A stretch of 64,000 nucleotides of DNA from contig WRBI01000009.1 in NCBI GenBank assembly GCA_009784625.1, forward strand, positions 727 through 64,726. Reading direction: 5' to 3'. The first letter of the stretch is position 1. Each line of letters begins with the position of its first letter. This stretch comes from Oscillospiraceae bacterium. Its GTDB lineage: Bacteria > Bacillota > Clostridia > Oscillospirales > Ruminococcaceae. The translations under genes and the position numbers were made by a program. The notes under the pieces are model-generated. The model did not search any database, was not told the DNA's origin, and saw only the letters and a list, made by a program, of their open reading frames with translations. Below are positions 9,792 through 18,186 of this stretch, in pieces.

Positions 9792-11330
9792 CTAACTGCC
9801 GCCCCAATACTTGCGATCCAGACTGCGCATCTGAATGGCCTGGGCGATGTGGCTTGTCCCGATTAAACCGGCGCCGTCCAGGTCGGCAACTGTCCGCGCG
9901 ACCTTTAAGATGCGACCGTACCCGCGCGCGCTCAAGCCCATCCGGTCAAAAGCGGCGGCCAGCATTTTTTCGGCCGCGCTCTCCATCCCGCAAGCTTCAT
10001 CAAGCAGGGCGGGCGGTATGTATGCGTTGCAGCTGACGCCGTTCGGTGCGTTTTTAAAGCGGTCGTGCTGAATTTTTCTGGCGGTGCAGACCCGCGCGCG
10101 AACATCGGCTGAACTCTCCTCTTTTTGGGTGGCGGTCAGTTGCTGATATTCGACCGGCAAAACTTCCATATGGATATCAATCCGGTCGAGCATAGGGCCG
10201 GATACCCGCCCAAGGTATCGGCTGATCGCGCTCTGTGCGCAGTTGCAGGGCTTGGTCGGGTGGCCGAACAGGCCGCAGGGGCAGGGGTTCATGGCGGCGA
10301 CCAGCATGGTTCGGCTGGGGTAACTCAGCCGCTGGCGCACCCGCGAGATGGTGACTATTCCGTCCTCAAGGGGCTGGCGCAGAACTTCGATGGCGTGCTT
10401 GTGGAACTGCGGCAGTTCGTCCAGAAAGAGTACCCCGGCGTGGGCGAGCGAGATATCCCCCGGCCGGGCGTGGGGGCCGCCCCCGATCAGCGAAGCCGGC
10501 GAAACGGTGTGGTGGGGGGATCGAAAAGGCCGGTCTTCGATCAGTGCGATATCGGGCGGCAGCATCCCGGCGACCGAGTGGATTTTTGTGACCTCGATCG
10601 ACTCTTCTAAAGTCATGGGCGGCAGGATGGAGGGCAGCCGCTTGGCCAACATACTCTTTCCGGTGCCGGGCGGGCCGATCAGCAGCATGTTGTGCCCGCC
10701 GGCCGCTGCGACTTCCAGTGCGCGTTTGGCTTCGGCCTGTCCCTTGACGTCGGCAAGGTCGGGGAGGTAACCCTGCGCGGATTTGCTCCCGGTGCTCAGA
10801 CTCTGTGCCGGGGACAGCGGCGTCCCGTTTTTGAAGTAGTCGACGACATCCCGCACGTGTTCGGCGCAGAGTACTTCGACCCCGGCGGCCACCGAAGCCT
10901 CTGCCGCGTTCCGGGCGGGGATGATTACCCGGTTATAACCCAGCTTGCCCGCATCCAGTACCATGGGCAAAACACCCGGCACTCCGCGAAGCTCACCGGA
11001 CAGCCCAACTTCGCCGATCACTGCGGTGCCGGTAAAGTCGAGGGATTCATACCCGCAGGCTACCAGCAAACCGAGCAGGATGGGCAAATCGTAGACCGAG
11101 CCTTGCTTTTTGGTGTCGGCCGGGGCCAGGTTGGCCACCAGTTTTGACATCGGCGCGGGATAACCCATATTTTGGATGGCCGAGCGCACCCGCTCTTTGG
11201 ACTCTTTGACCGCCGCATCAGGCAGGCCGACAATGTCAAACCCCGGCATGGCCCGCCGGGAGTCGACCTCAACCGAGACAAGGTAAGGCGTGATCCCGCT
11301 TAAACCAAAGCTGGCAAGTGAGCTGAACAT
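9792..11330 (-). CDS. comM: YifB/ComM family Mg-chelatase-like AAA+ ATPase
   Basis: LIGPPGTGKSM Walker A, FLDELPQF Walker B, and a C-terminal ChlI-like domain. Start moved to ATG 11330 (MFSSLASFGLSG...), giving the usual length of about 512 aa. Confidence 0.9.
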   Translation of the reverse strand: MFSSLASFGLSGITPYLVSVEVDSRRAMPGFDIVGLPDAAVKESKERVRSAIQNMGYPAPMSKLVANLAPADTKKQGSVYDLPILLGLLVACGYESLDFTGTAVIGEVGLSGELRGVPGVLPMVLDAGKLGYNRVIIPARNAAEASVAAGVEVLCAEHVRDVVDYFKNGTPLSPAQSLSTGSKSAQGYLPDLADVKGQAEAKRALEVAAAGGHNMLLIGPPGTGKSMLAKRLPSILPPMTLEESIEVTKIHSVAGMLPPDIALIEDRPFRSPHHTVSPASLIGGGPHARPGDISLAHAGVLFLDELPQFHKHAIEVLRQPLEDGIVTISRVRQRLSYPSRTMLVAAMNPCPCGLFGHPTKPCNCAQSAISRYLGRVSGPMLDRIDIHMEVLPVEYQQLTATQKEESSADVRARVCTARKIQHDRFKNAPNGVSCNAYIPPALLDEACGMESAAEKMLAAAFDRMGLSARGYGRILKVARTVADLDGAGLIGTSHIAQAIQMRSLDRKYWGGS

Positions 11331-11438
11331 GACCGATTCCCCCCGCATTTGAATGATCGCAATCTGGCGACATTTTTCGACACAATCTATTATACAGGTT
11401 AATTTTGGCAATGGCAACGATGATCTGGCAGATTCCCC

Positions 11439-11467
11439 TTGACAATTGGGGATTTAGCGGGTAGAGT
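11439..11467 (+). promoter_or_regulatory. Sigma-A type promoter for pgcA
   Basis: TTGACA (11439-11444), 17-nt spacer, TAGAGT (11462-11467), about 25 nt upstream of the start codon. Confidence 0.5.
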
Positions 11468-11491
11468 TTGATAGGGTAAAGGAGTGATCAC

Positions 11492-13210
11492 ATGACAAAC
11501 GAGCATATATTATATAAATTATGGCTGAAAAAAACGGCAGCCGACGCACAGGCGCAAAAAGATCTAAAAGGCATTGCGGGGAATGAAGCTGAAATCGGCG
11601 ACCGGTTTTATCGAGAGCTGAGTTTTGGGACAGCCGGCCTGCGAGGGATTATGGGGATGGGCATCAACCGGATGAACCGCTACACGGTTGGCCGCGCTAC
11701 CCAGGGTTTTGCCAAATATCTGCACAGCAAAAAAACTGAAAACCCGTCGGTGGCCATCGCTTATGACAGCCGTCTCAATTCAAAGGAGTTTGCCCGCTAC
11801 GCCGCCGGGGTGCTGGCCGCGAACGGCGTAAAAGCACTGATCTACAAAGAATTGATGCCGACCCCCGCACTCTCTTACGCCATCCGGGAGCTGGGCTGTG
11901 ACGGTGGAATCAACATCACGGCCAGCCACAACCCGGCCGCTTACAACGGCTACAAAGCCTACGACGCTTCCGGCTGTCAGATCGGCCCTGAGATCGCCGA
12001 CGTAGTGCAAAAATCCATCCTTGAGACCGACCTGTTCTCCGGCGTTGAGACGATGGATTTCGATGCGGCTCTTGAAAAAGGGCTGGTGGAATTTATCCCG
12101 CAAAGCTTTGTCGAGCGGTATCTCGACCGAGTCTGCGCCGAAGCGCTACAGCCCGAGATCTGCAAAGAGGCGGGGCTAAAACTGATTTACACCCCCCTGA
12201 ACGGCGCGGGGATGAACTGCGTGAGTGCCATCTTTGCCCGTTTAGGAATCAAGGATGTCCACAATGTACCCGAGCAGGTCGCGCCGGACGGGAACTTCCC
12301 GACCTGCCCGTACCCCAACCCCGAGATCAAAGAAGCGCTCAGCCTTGGCCTCAAGCTGGCCGCCGAGAAAAAAGCGGATATCCTGATCGCCACCGACCCC
12401 GACGCTGACCGGGTGGGCGCGGCCGTTCCGGATGGCGAAGGCGGCTACCGGATATTCACCGGCAACGAGGTCGGAATCCTGTTGCTCGACTATATCTGTA
12501 AGACCCGCAAAAAGCTGGGAAAAATGCCGGATAAACCGGTTGCGGTGCGCTCGCTGGTCTCTTCCCGGATGGCCGACGCGGTCGCGGCGCACTACGGGGT
12601 CGAGATGGTCAAGGTGCTGACCGGTTTCCGGTTTATTGGCGGGGTGATTGCCGGGCTGGAAGAAACCGGCCGGGCCGACAGCTTTATCTTCGGCTTTGAG
12701 GAGAGCTGCGGTTATTTGACCGGCGGTTTTGTGCGGGATAAAGACGCGGTCAACGCCGTTTTGATGCTGACCGAGATGGCCGCCGCTTACAAGCTGGCAG
12801 GCAAAACTCTGGTTGATGCACTAGAAGAGCTATACACACAGTTTGGTGTATGGAGCAGCGAAGTGGACAACTTCGCCTATGAGGGCGAGAGCGGAATGAA
12901 AGCGATGGCCGGGATTATGGAGGGCCTGCGCAAACAACCTCCGGTTGAGATTGCCGGTGACGCGGTCGGCGAAACGCTTGATTATAAGCAGGGTGCGCGA
13001 TATGCCGGCGATGGCTGGTCGCCGGTCGATCTCCCCAAAACCGACATGGTTGAGCTAAAGCTTAAAAACGGCAACTCGATCATCATCCGACCATCCGGCA
13101 CCGAGCCTAAGATTAAAATTTATTACGTGGTTACCGGAAAAGGTCATCAAAGCGTTGCACAAAAAAACAGGGACTACAGAGCCGCCTGCGCAAAGATTGT
13201 GGGCAGATAA
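11492..13210 (+). CDS. pgcA: Alpha-phosphoglucomutase / phospho-sugar mutase
   Basis: TASHNPAAYNGYK active-site loop, ILIATDPDADR and RPSGTEPKIKIYY blocks. 572 aa and collinear with B. subtilis PgcA as recalled. Confidence 0.88.
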   Translation: MTNEHILYKLWLKKTAADAQAQKDLKGIAGNEAEIGDRFYRELSFGTAGLRGIMGMGINRMNRYTVGRATQGFAKYLHSKKTENPSVAIAYDSRLNSKEFARYAAGVLAANGVKALIYKELMPTPALSYAIRELGCDGGINITASHNPAAYNGYKAYDASGCQIGPEIADVVQKSILETDLFSGVETMDFDAALEKGLVEFIPQSFVERYLDRVCAEALQPEICKEAGLKLIYTPLNGAGMNCVSAIFARLGIKDVHNVPEQVAPDGNFPTCPYPNPEIKEALSLGLKLAAEKKADILIATDPDADRVGAAVPDGEGGYRIFTGNEVGILLLDYICKTRKKLGKMPDKPVAVRSLVSSRMADAVAAHYGVEMVKVLTGFRFIGGVIAGLEETGRADSFIFGFEESCGYLTGGFVRDKDAVNAVLMLTEMAAAYKLAGKTLVDALEELYTQFGVWSSEVDNFAYEGESGMKAMAGIMEGLRKQPPVEIAGDAVGETLDYKQGARYAGDGWSPVDLPKTDMVELKLKNGNSIIIRPSGTEPKIKIYYVVTGKGHQSVAQKNRDYRAACAKIVGR

Positions 13211-13221
13211 AGCACGGTCTA

Positions 13222-13250
13222 TTGACAAACATTCGCAACTGTGCTATCAT
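13222..13250 (+). promoter_or_regulatory. Sigma-A type promoter for the T-box leader
   Basis: TTGACA (13222-13227), 17-nt spacer, TATCAT (13245-13250). Confidence 0.6.
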
Positions 13251-13261
13251 CATTCACATAA

Positions 13262-13506
13262 ATTCAGAGAGAGACTCCGTCCAGTCGGAAACCTTGTCAG
13301 AGAGCCGGTCGCCGTGGCTGAAAGCGCCGGTCAGGGGAGTAGTGGAACGGGCAACACTCTTTCGGTGATTCTAAAACTGTCCGTGTGCACAAATACAGTC
13401 GCCGCGGACAAATATTAAAGTTGGGCGCTAAGCGTCAATGTGGGTGGCACCGCGGGAGATTTCTCGTCCCTCAAAAGCAGCAATGTTTTTGAGGGATTTC
13501 TATTTT
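13262..13506 (+). promoter_or_regulatory. T-box riboswitch leader; candidate specifier AAC (Asn) at 13353-13355
   Basis: Elements seen: AGAGAGAG at the Stem I base; an AGTA box at about 13338; GC-AAC-A abutting CTCTTT, which can pair with AGAGAG; T-box sequence AATGTGGGTGGCACCGCGGGAG (13437-13458); terminator TCCCTCAAAA/TTTTGAGGGA (13467-13496) plus TTTCTATTTT. Confidence 0.85.
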
Positions 13507-13523
13507 GTCTGGAGGTTTTGGGA

Positions 13524-15263
13524 ATGAATAAGTACAGAACACACAACTGTGGAGAACTCGACAAAGGCAGCGTCGGTCAGCGGGTTAGGCTGGCCGGTTG
13601 GGTTGACACAATCCGCGACCACGGCGGGGTGGTTTTTTTGGACCTGCGCGACCATTACGGGATGACCCAGGTTGTGGTCAACGACGAGAACCTGATTAAA
13701 GGCATTGGCCGCGAGTTTGTGGTCAGCGCCGAGGGCGTTTTGCAAGAGCGGGCGGCCGACACGGTCAACCCGAAACTGACAACCGGCGAAGTCGAATTAA
13801 AAGTTGAGAGTGTCGAAATTTTAGGCGAATCTCACCGCCAGCTCCCTTTCGAAATCGCGCACTCGACACAAACCCGCGAGGATGTTCGACTCAAATACCG
13901 ATTCCTCGATTTGCGCAATCCGGAGCTTCACCAAAATATCGTAATGCGCTCGAAAATCACCAATTATCTGCGCGCAAAAATGGAGGAACTCGGCTTCTTG
14001 GAGTTCCACACGCCGATCTTGACATCCTCTTCACCGGAGGGCGCGCGGGACTATCTTGTTCCCAGCCGCAAGCATCACGGCATGTTCTACGCACTGCCCC
14101 AAGCGCCCCAGCAGTTTAAACAGCTTTTGATGGTTTCCGGATTTGACCGGTATTTCCAGATCGCGCCTTGTTTCCGGGATGAGGATGCCCGGGCCGACCG
14201 CTCGCCCGGTGAGTTTTACCAGTTGGATTTTGAGATGGCGTTTGCCACGCAGGAAGATGTTTTCGCGGTGGCCGAAAAAGTAATGTGCGACACATTTTCG
14301 CACTTTTCCGACAAAAAAGTCAGCCCCGCGCCGTTTAAGCGGATACCGTTTGCCGAGGCTATGTTAAAGTATGGGACAGACAAACCGGATTTACGAAATC
14401 CGCTGTTAATTGAGGATTTAACCCAGTTCTTTTCGGGGGTGGGTTTTGCGCCATTTAGGGGTAAACCTGTGCGCGGAATTGTTGCGCCGGGCTGCGCGAA
14501 ATCCTCCAAGTCATTCTTCGAAAAAATGCTTGCGTTCGCTACCGAAATAGGGATGAAAGGGCTGGGTTACATCTCCGTTTTAGAAGGGATGGAGCTCAAG
14601 GGTCCGATTGTAAAATTCCTTTCTGCACAGCAGCAAAAAGAGTTAATTGACTCACTTTCGCTCAAAGAATATGACACACTATTCTTTATCTGTGATTTGC
14701 CGAAACTGGTGGATAAACTGTCTGGTCAAATACGCGCAGAACTCGGAAAAAGATTGGATTTAATCGCGACAGACTCGTTTGAATTTTGTTATATCACCGA
14801 CTTTCCGATGTTTGAGGCAGATGAAGAAACCGGTGCGGTTGCGTTCACGCACAACCCGTTCTCAATGCCGCAGGGAGAAATGCAGGCACTCGAAAGCATG
14901 GACCCGCTTGAAATCAAAGCATATCAATATGATATTGTGTGTAACGGGGTCGAACTCTCGTCGGGTGCAGTTCGCAATCATCGACCTGATGTGATGATCA
15001 AAGCGTTCGAAATCGCGGGTTATTCAAAAGAAGTAATTGAGAGCAAATTTTCGGCACTTTTTAATGCCTTCCACTACGGCGCTCCGCCTCATGCAGGTAT
15101 GGCGCCCGGGCTTGATCGCATAGTTATGCTGCTCACCGGAGAAGAGAGTATTCGCGAAGTCGTCGCGTTCCCAATGAACAGCAATGCGCAAGATTTATTA
15201 TTGGGTGCGCCGTCTTCTGTCACAGAGCAGCAGCTTCGCGATGTTCACATTAAAATCAGGTAA
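13524..15263 (+). CDS. aspS: Aspartyl-tRNA synthetase, bacterial type; probably non-discriminating given the operon context
   Basis: Start at ATG 13524 (MNKYRTHNCGEL). Class II motifs FRDED, QLDFEM and GLDR are present; 579 aa. The ORF-track extension to 13440 runs through the T-box terminator. Confidence 0.93.
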   Translation: MNKYRTHNCGELDKGSVGQRVRLAGWVDTIRDHGGVVFLDLRDHYGMTQVVVNDENLIKGIGREFVVSAEGVLQERAADTVNPKLTTGEVELKVESVEILGESHRQLPFEIAHSTQTREDVRLKYRFLDLRNPELHQNIVMRSKITNYLRAKMEELGFLEFHTPILTSSSPEGARDYLVPSRKHHGMFYALPQAPQQFKQLLMVSGFDRYFQIAPCFRDEDARADRSPGEFYQLDFEMAFATQEDVFAVAEKVMCDTFSHFSDKKVSPAPFKRIPFAEAMLKYGTDKPDLRNPLLIEDLTQFFSGVGFAPFRGKPVRGIVAPGCAKSSKSFFEKMLAFATEIGMKGLGYISVLEGMELKGPIVKFLSAQQQKELIDSLSLKEYDTLFFICDLPKLVDKLSGQIRAELGKRLDLIATDSFEFCYITDFPMFEADEETGAVAFTHNPFSMPQGEMQALESMDPLEIKAYQYDIVCNGVELSSGAVRNHRPDVMIKAFEIAGYSKEVIESKFSALFNAFHYGAPPHAGMAPGLDRIVMLLTGEESIREVVAFPMNSNAQDLLLGAPSSVTEQQLRDVHIKIR

Positions 15264-15296
15264 GTGATGACAGAAACACACGATTGATAGGAGGTC

Positions 15297-15578
15297 ATGA
15301 GCTTGTTGGAAATCAGTAAATATGAATCTTTGACAAAACTTAATTTGACTGAAATTGAGCGCACACAGATCGAAAAAATCGCAAATAAATTGATTGTAAG
15401 TTTTGAAGATTTACGCGAAATTGATACGAAGAATGTTGAACCACTGGTCAGTGTTTTGGTTTTGCAAAACGTTCTCAGAGAAGATATAAATGTGAAGTCG
15501 ATATCACGTGAAGAACTTTTGTCTAATGCCCCCGAACAATACGGCGGGTACTTCCAAGTCCCGAAAACTTTGGATTAG
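15297..15578 (+). CDS. gatC: Asp/Glu-tRNA amidotransferase subunit C
   Basis: 93 aa with AGGAGG RBS. GatC pattern VEPLVSVL..NVLREDI...NAPE...FQVPK. Confidence 0.9.
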   Translation: MSLLEISKYESLTKLNLTEIERTQIEKIANKLIVSFEDLREIDTKNVEPLVSVLVLQNVLREDINVKSISREELLSNAPEQYGGYFQVPKTLD

Positions 15579-15588
15579 GAGGATATGT

Positions 15589-16698
15589 ATGGAGCGTTTT
15601 GTGAGAAGTGAATCGGCTGGAAAAAAAGATGCAGTTGCGCTTGAACAATGCATCATGGAAAAAGGAAAACCGGCAACTTCGGGTTCGAAGATGCTGAATA
15701 ATTTTACTGCACCATTCGACGCTGAAGTTGTATCCAGATTGAATGCAACTGACACATCGATTGCTGGAAGAGTGGAAATGCGCGAGTTTGCAGTTGGAGG
15801 GAGTTTTTTCGACACGCAATTTGGATCGCCCGCAATTGAGGCTTTACTTGCCGGTGATGCTGGTTTTGCGTTGTGCAGTGATGTTTTCGGCGAGATACGA
15901 AGCAAAGCGCCGATGGCTGGGCTGGCATATATTCACCCCACTTATGGCTCAGTTTCGCGATATGGATTGATTCCGCTTGCCGCGTCAATGGATCAGATTG
16001 GCGTGCTCTGTAAGGGCTTGGAAGCTGGCTTTCAGCTGCTCTCAAAGATTGCTGGAAGTGACCTGAAAGACGGCGCAATGTTGTCCGAAAAAGAGTATGA
16101 ATATACAAAAATCAATCGTCGGCTGAGAATAGGAATTCCGACAAAAATAGTTGCGCTTGCAAGCGAAGCTGACCAAACTGCAATCAAAAGTTTTTGTGCA
16201 AATTTTGAAACAGAAAATATTGACTTAACGCATTTTGAGATCGCCAAGCAAGTGATGACAATTCTTGCTTTCGCGGAGGCTAGTAACAATATAAGCCGTT
16301 ATGATGGAATCAAATTTGGTTATCGTGCAAATGAATACAAAAACTTGGAGGAATTATACGTGAGAAGCCGCAGTGAGGGCTTCGGATTACCAGCGAAATT
16401 GGCGGCAATTATGGGAACTTATGTGCTTTCAAGAGATCAGTACGAATCTTATTATGAAAAAGCGATGAAGGTTCGCAGACTCATTAAAAACTCTTTTGAA
16501 TTTGATAAATATGACCTCATCGTGTTGCCTTTATCAATCAGCGATGATGCTTATGAAAATCTCTCATTATATGCTTTATCTCCGCTTGCCGGATTGCCTT
16601 CGGTCTCATTTCAATATGAAGGTCAAGGAATACAGTTGATCGCAAATTCTAAAGATGAAAATGCGCTAATAACTGCTTGGGAGGTGGCGCAAGCATGA
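15589..16698 (+). CDS. gatA: GatA-like amidase-fold subunit, shortened and apparently lacking the Ser-cisSer-Lys amidase signature
   Basis: AGGAGG RBS 5 nt before ATG 15589, and an ATGA overlap with gatB. GatA-like blocks: SKMLNNF, PFDAEVV, MREFA, HPTYGSVSRYGL, SMDQIG, RYDGIKFGYR, SEGFG. The GGSSGGS loop is absent, and GGS-IRQPA reads FGE-IRSKA. Confidence 0.8.
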   Translation: MERFVRSESAGKKDAVALEQCIMEKGKPATSGSKMLNNFTAPFDAEVVSRLNATDTSIAGRVEMREFAVGGSFFDTQFGSPAIEALLAGDAGFALCSDVFGEIRSKAPMAGLAYIHPTYGSVSRYGLIPLAASMDQIGVLCKGLEAGFQLLSKIAGSDLKDGAMLSEKEYEYTKINRRLRIGIPTKIVALASEADQTAIKSFCANFETENIDLTHFEIAKQVMTILAFAEASNNISRYDGIKFGYRANEYKNLEELYVRSRSEGFGLPAKLAAIMGTYVLSRDQYESYYEKAMKVRRLIKNSFEFDKYDLIVLPLSISDDAYENLSLYALSPLAGLPSVSFQYEGQGIQLIANSKDENALITAWEVAQA

Positions 16699-18131
16699 AG
16701 TACGAAATTGTAATGGGACTTGAGGTTCATGTTGAACTTTCAACTCAATCGAAATTATTTTGCGGATGCTCGGCGAAGTTTGGCGCGGATGCAAATGATA
16801 ATGTGTGCCCGGCTTGTGCTGGAATGCCTGGAATGCCAGCCGTGACCAATCAAAAAGCTGTCGATTTGGGGATTGATGCGGCAATTGTCACAAACAGCCA
16901 GATCACGCGAACGATGACATTTGATAAGAAAAATTACTTTTATCCCGACCTGCCGACCAGTTATCAGATTACACAATGGTTTGCGCCGATTTGTCGCAAT
17001 GGTTGGGTAGAAATTGAAACGGAGCGCGGGAAAAAGAAGATCACTTTAAAACAAATTCACATCGAAGAAGACGCGGGAAAAATGGTTCATGACGCCAGGA
17101 GCGGAACATCGATGTTAGATTTCAATAGGACCTCGGTTCCATTGATTGAAATTGTCAGTAATCCGGACTTTCGTGATGCTGAAGAAGTAATCGACTACCT
17201 TGAAAAGCTGCGCGCTTTACTCAGTTTCGCGGGCGTTTCTGATTGTAAAATGCAGGAAGGTTCGATGCGATGTGATGTGAACATTTCAGTTCGCCCAGCC
17301 GGCTCAGAAAAACTGGGTGTGCGAACCGAAATGAAGAATATGAACTCGCTTAAAGCAATCACGGCTGCGATCGCTTTTGAGGCAAACCGGCATATTGACG
17401 CGATTGAAACCGGCAGCGAAGTGCTCATTCAGGAGACTCGCGGCTGGGATGATGATAAAGGCATCACTTTCTCGATGCGCGAAAAAGAAGATGCAACCGA
17501 CTATCGCTATTTCCCAAATCCGGAACTGATGCCGATTGTGATTAGCGACGAGTGGATCGAGCGGGTGCGGTCAAGTTTACCTGAGACTTCGCAAGACAAA
17601 TTTGTGCGAATGACACAGACTTTAGGTTTACCGGAATACGACTCAAGTATCATCACCCGAAGCAAGGCGCTCGCCGATATTTTTGACCAGACAATGGCTC
17701 ATTTCGATAAACCGAAAGAAGTTGTGAACTGGATAATTGTCGAACTTTTAGGGATCGCAAAAGGCGATAACAAAGGTGAAGATGATATCAGGATTGACTG
17801 CAGAAAGTTCGCGGACCTCATCCGGCTGGTTGATGAAAAAGCGATCAATCGCAATGTCGGAAAGAAACTGTTAATTAAGGTTCTTGAAGAGGATGTCGAT
17901 CCTGAAAATTATGTGAAAGAGCACGGCTTGGGGATGCTCACCGATACTTCGCTGATCGACAAAGCCGTAAGCGAAGTATTGGCTGAAAATCCCAAATCGG
18001 TCGCAGAATTTAAAGAAGGAAAACTAAAAGTCGTCGGGTTTTTGATGGGACAGATCATGAAGAAAATGGGCGGCAAAGCAGACCCGGAAGCAGTCAAAAG
18101 TATTCTGCAAAGCCAGCTGGATCAGCTTTAA
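16695..18131 (+). CDS. gatB: Asp/Glu-tRNA amidotransferase subunit B
   Basis: MKYEIVMGLEVHVEL, NYFYPDLPTSYQITQ, IHIEEDAGK and DYRYFPNPEL blocks, plus a C-terminal YqeY-like tail. 478 aa and looks intact. Confidence 0.93.
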   Translation: MKYEIVMGLEVHVELSTQSKLFCGCSAKFGADANDNVCPACAGMPGMPAVTNQKAVDLGIDAAIVTNSQITRTMTFDKKNYFYPDLPTSYQITQWFAPICRNGWVEIETERGKKKITLKQIHIEEDAGKMVHDARSGTSMLDFNRTSVPLIEIVSNPDFRDAEEVIDYLEKLRALLSFAGVSDCKMQEGSMRCDVNISVRPAGSEKLGVRTEMKNMNSLKAITAAIAFEANRHIDAIETGSEVLIQETRGWDDDKGITFSMREKEDATDYRYFPNPELMPIVISDEWIERVRSSLPETSQDKFVRMTQTLGLPEYDSSIITRSKALADIFDQTMAHFDKPKEVVNWIIVELLGIAKGDNKGEDDIRIDCRKFADLIRLVDEKAINRNVGKKLLIKVLEEDVDPENYVKEHGLGMLTDTSLIDKAVSEVLAENPKSVAEFKEGKLKVVGFLMGQIMKKMGGKADPEAVKSILQSQLDQL

Positions 18132-18141
18132 ACACATGAAT

Positions 18142-18178
18142 AATGGCGGCAATCGTAGCTCCAACGATTGCCGCCATT
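18142..18178. terminator. Bidirectional terminator between convergent gatB and dnaJ
   Basis: A 14-bp stem AATGGCGGCAATCG / CGATTGCCGCCATT with a 9-nt loop. Confidence 0.75.
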
Positions 18179-18186
18179 TGCGTTAT

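Noticed and set aside
9757-9797. Possible fourth or half copy of the palindromic element (ACAGCAACTGTCCACTGTAAATTGTCAACTGCTAACTG)
   Set aside because: It shares the ACTGT/TGTCAAC words with the right arm of copy C. However, I could find no matching left arm and no GC boxes. It may be a degenerate remnant or coincidence.
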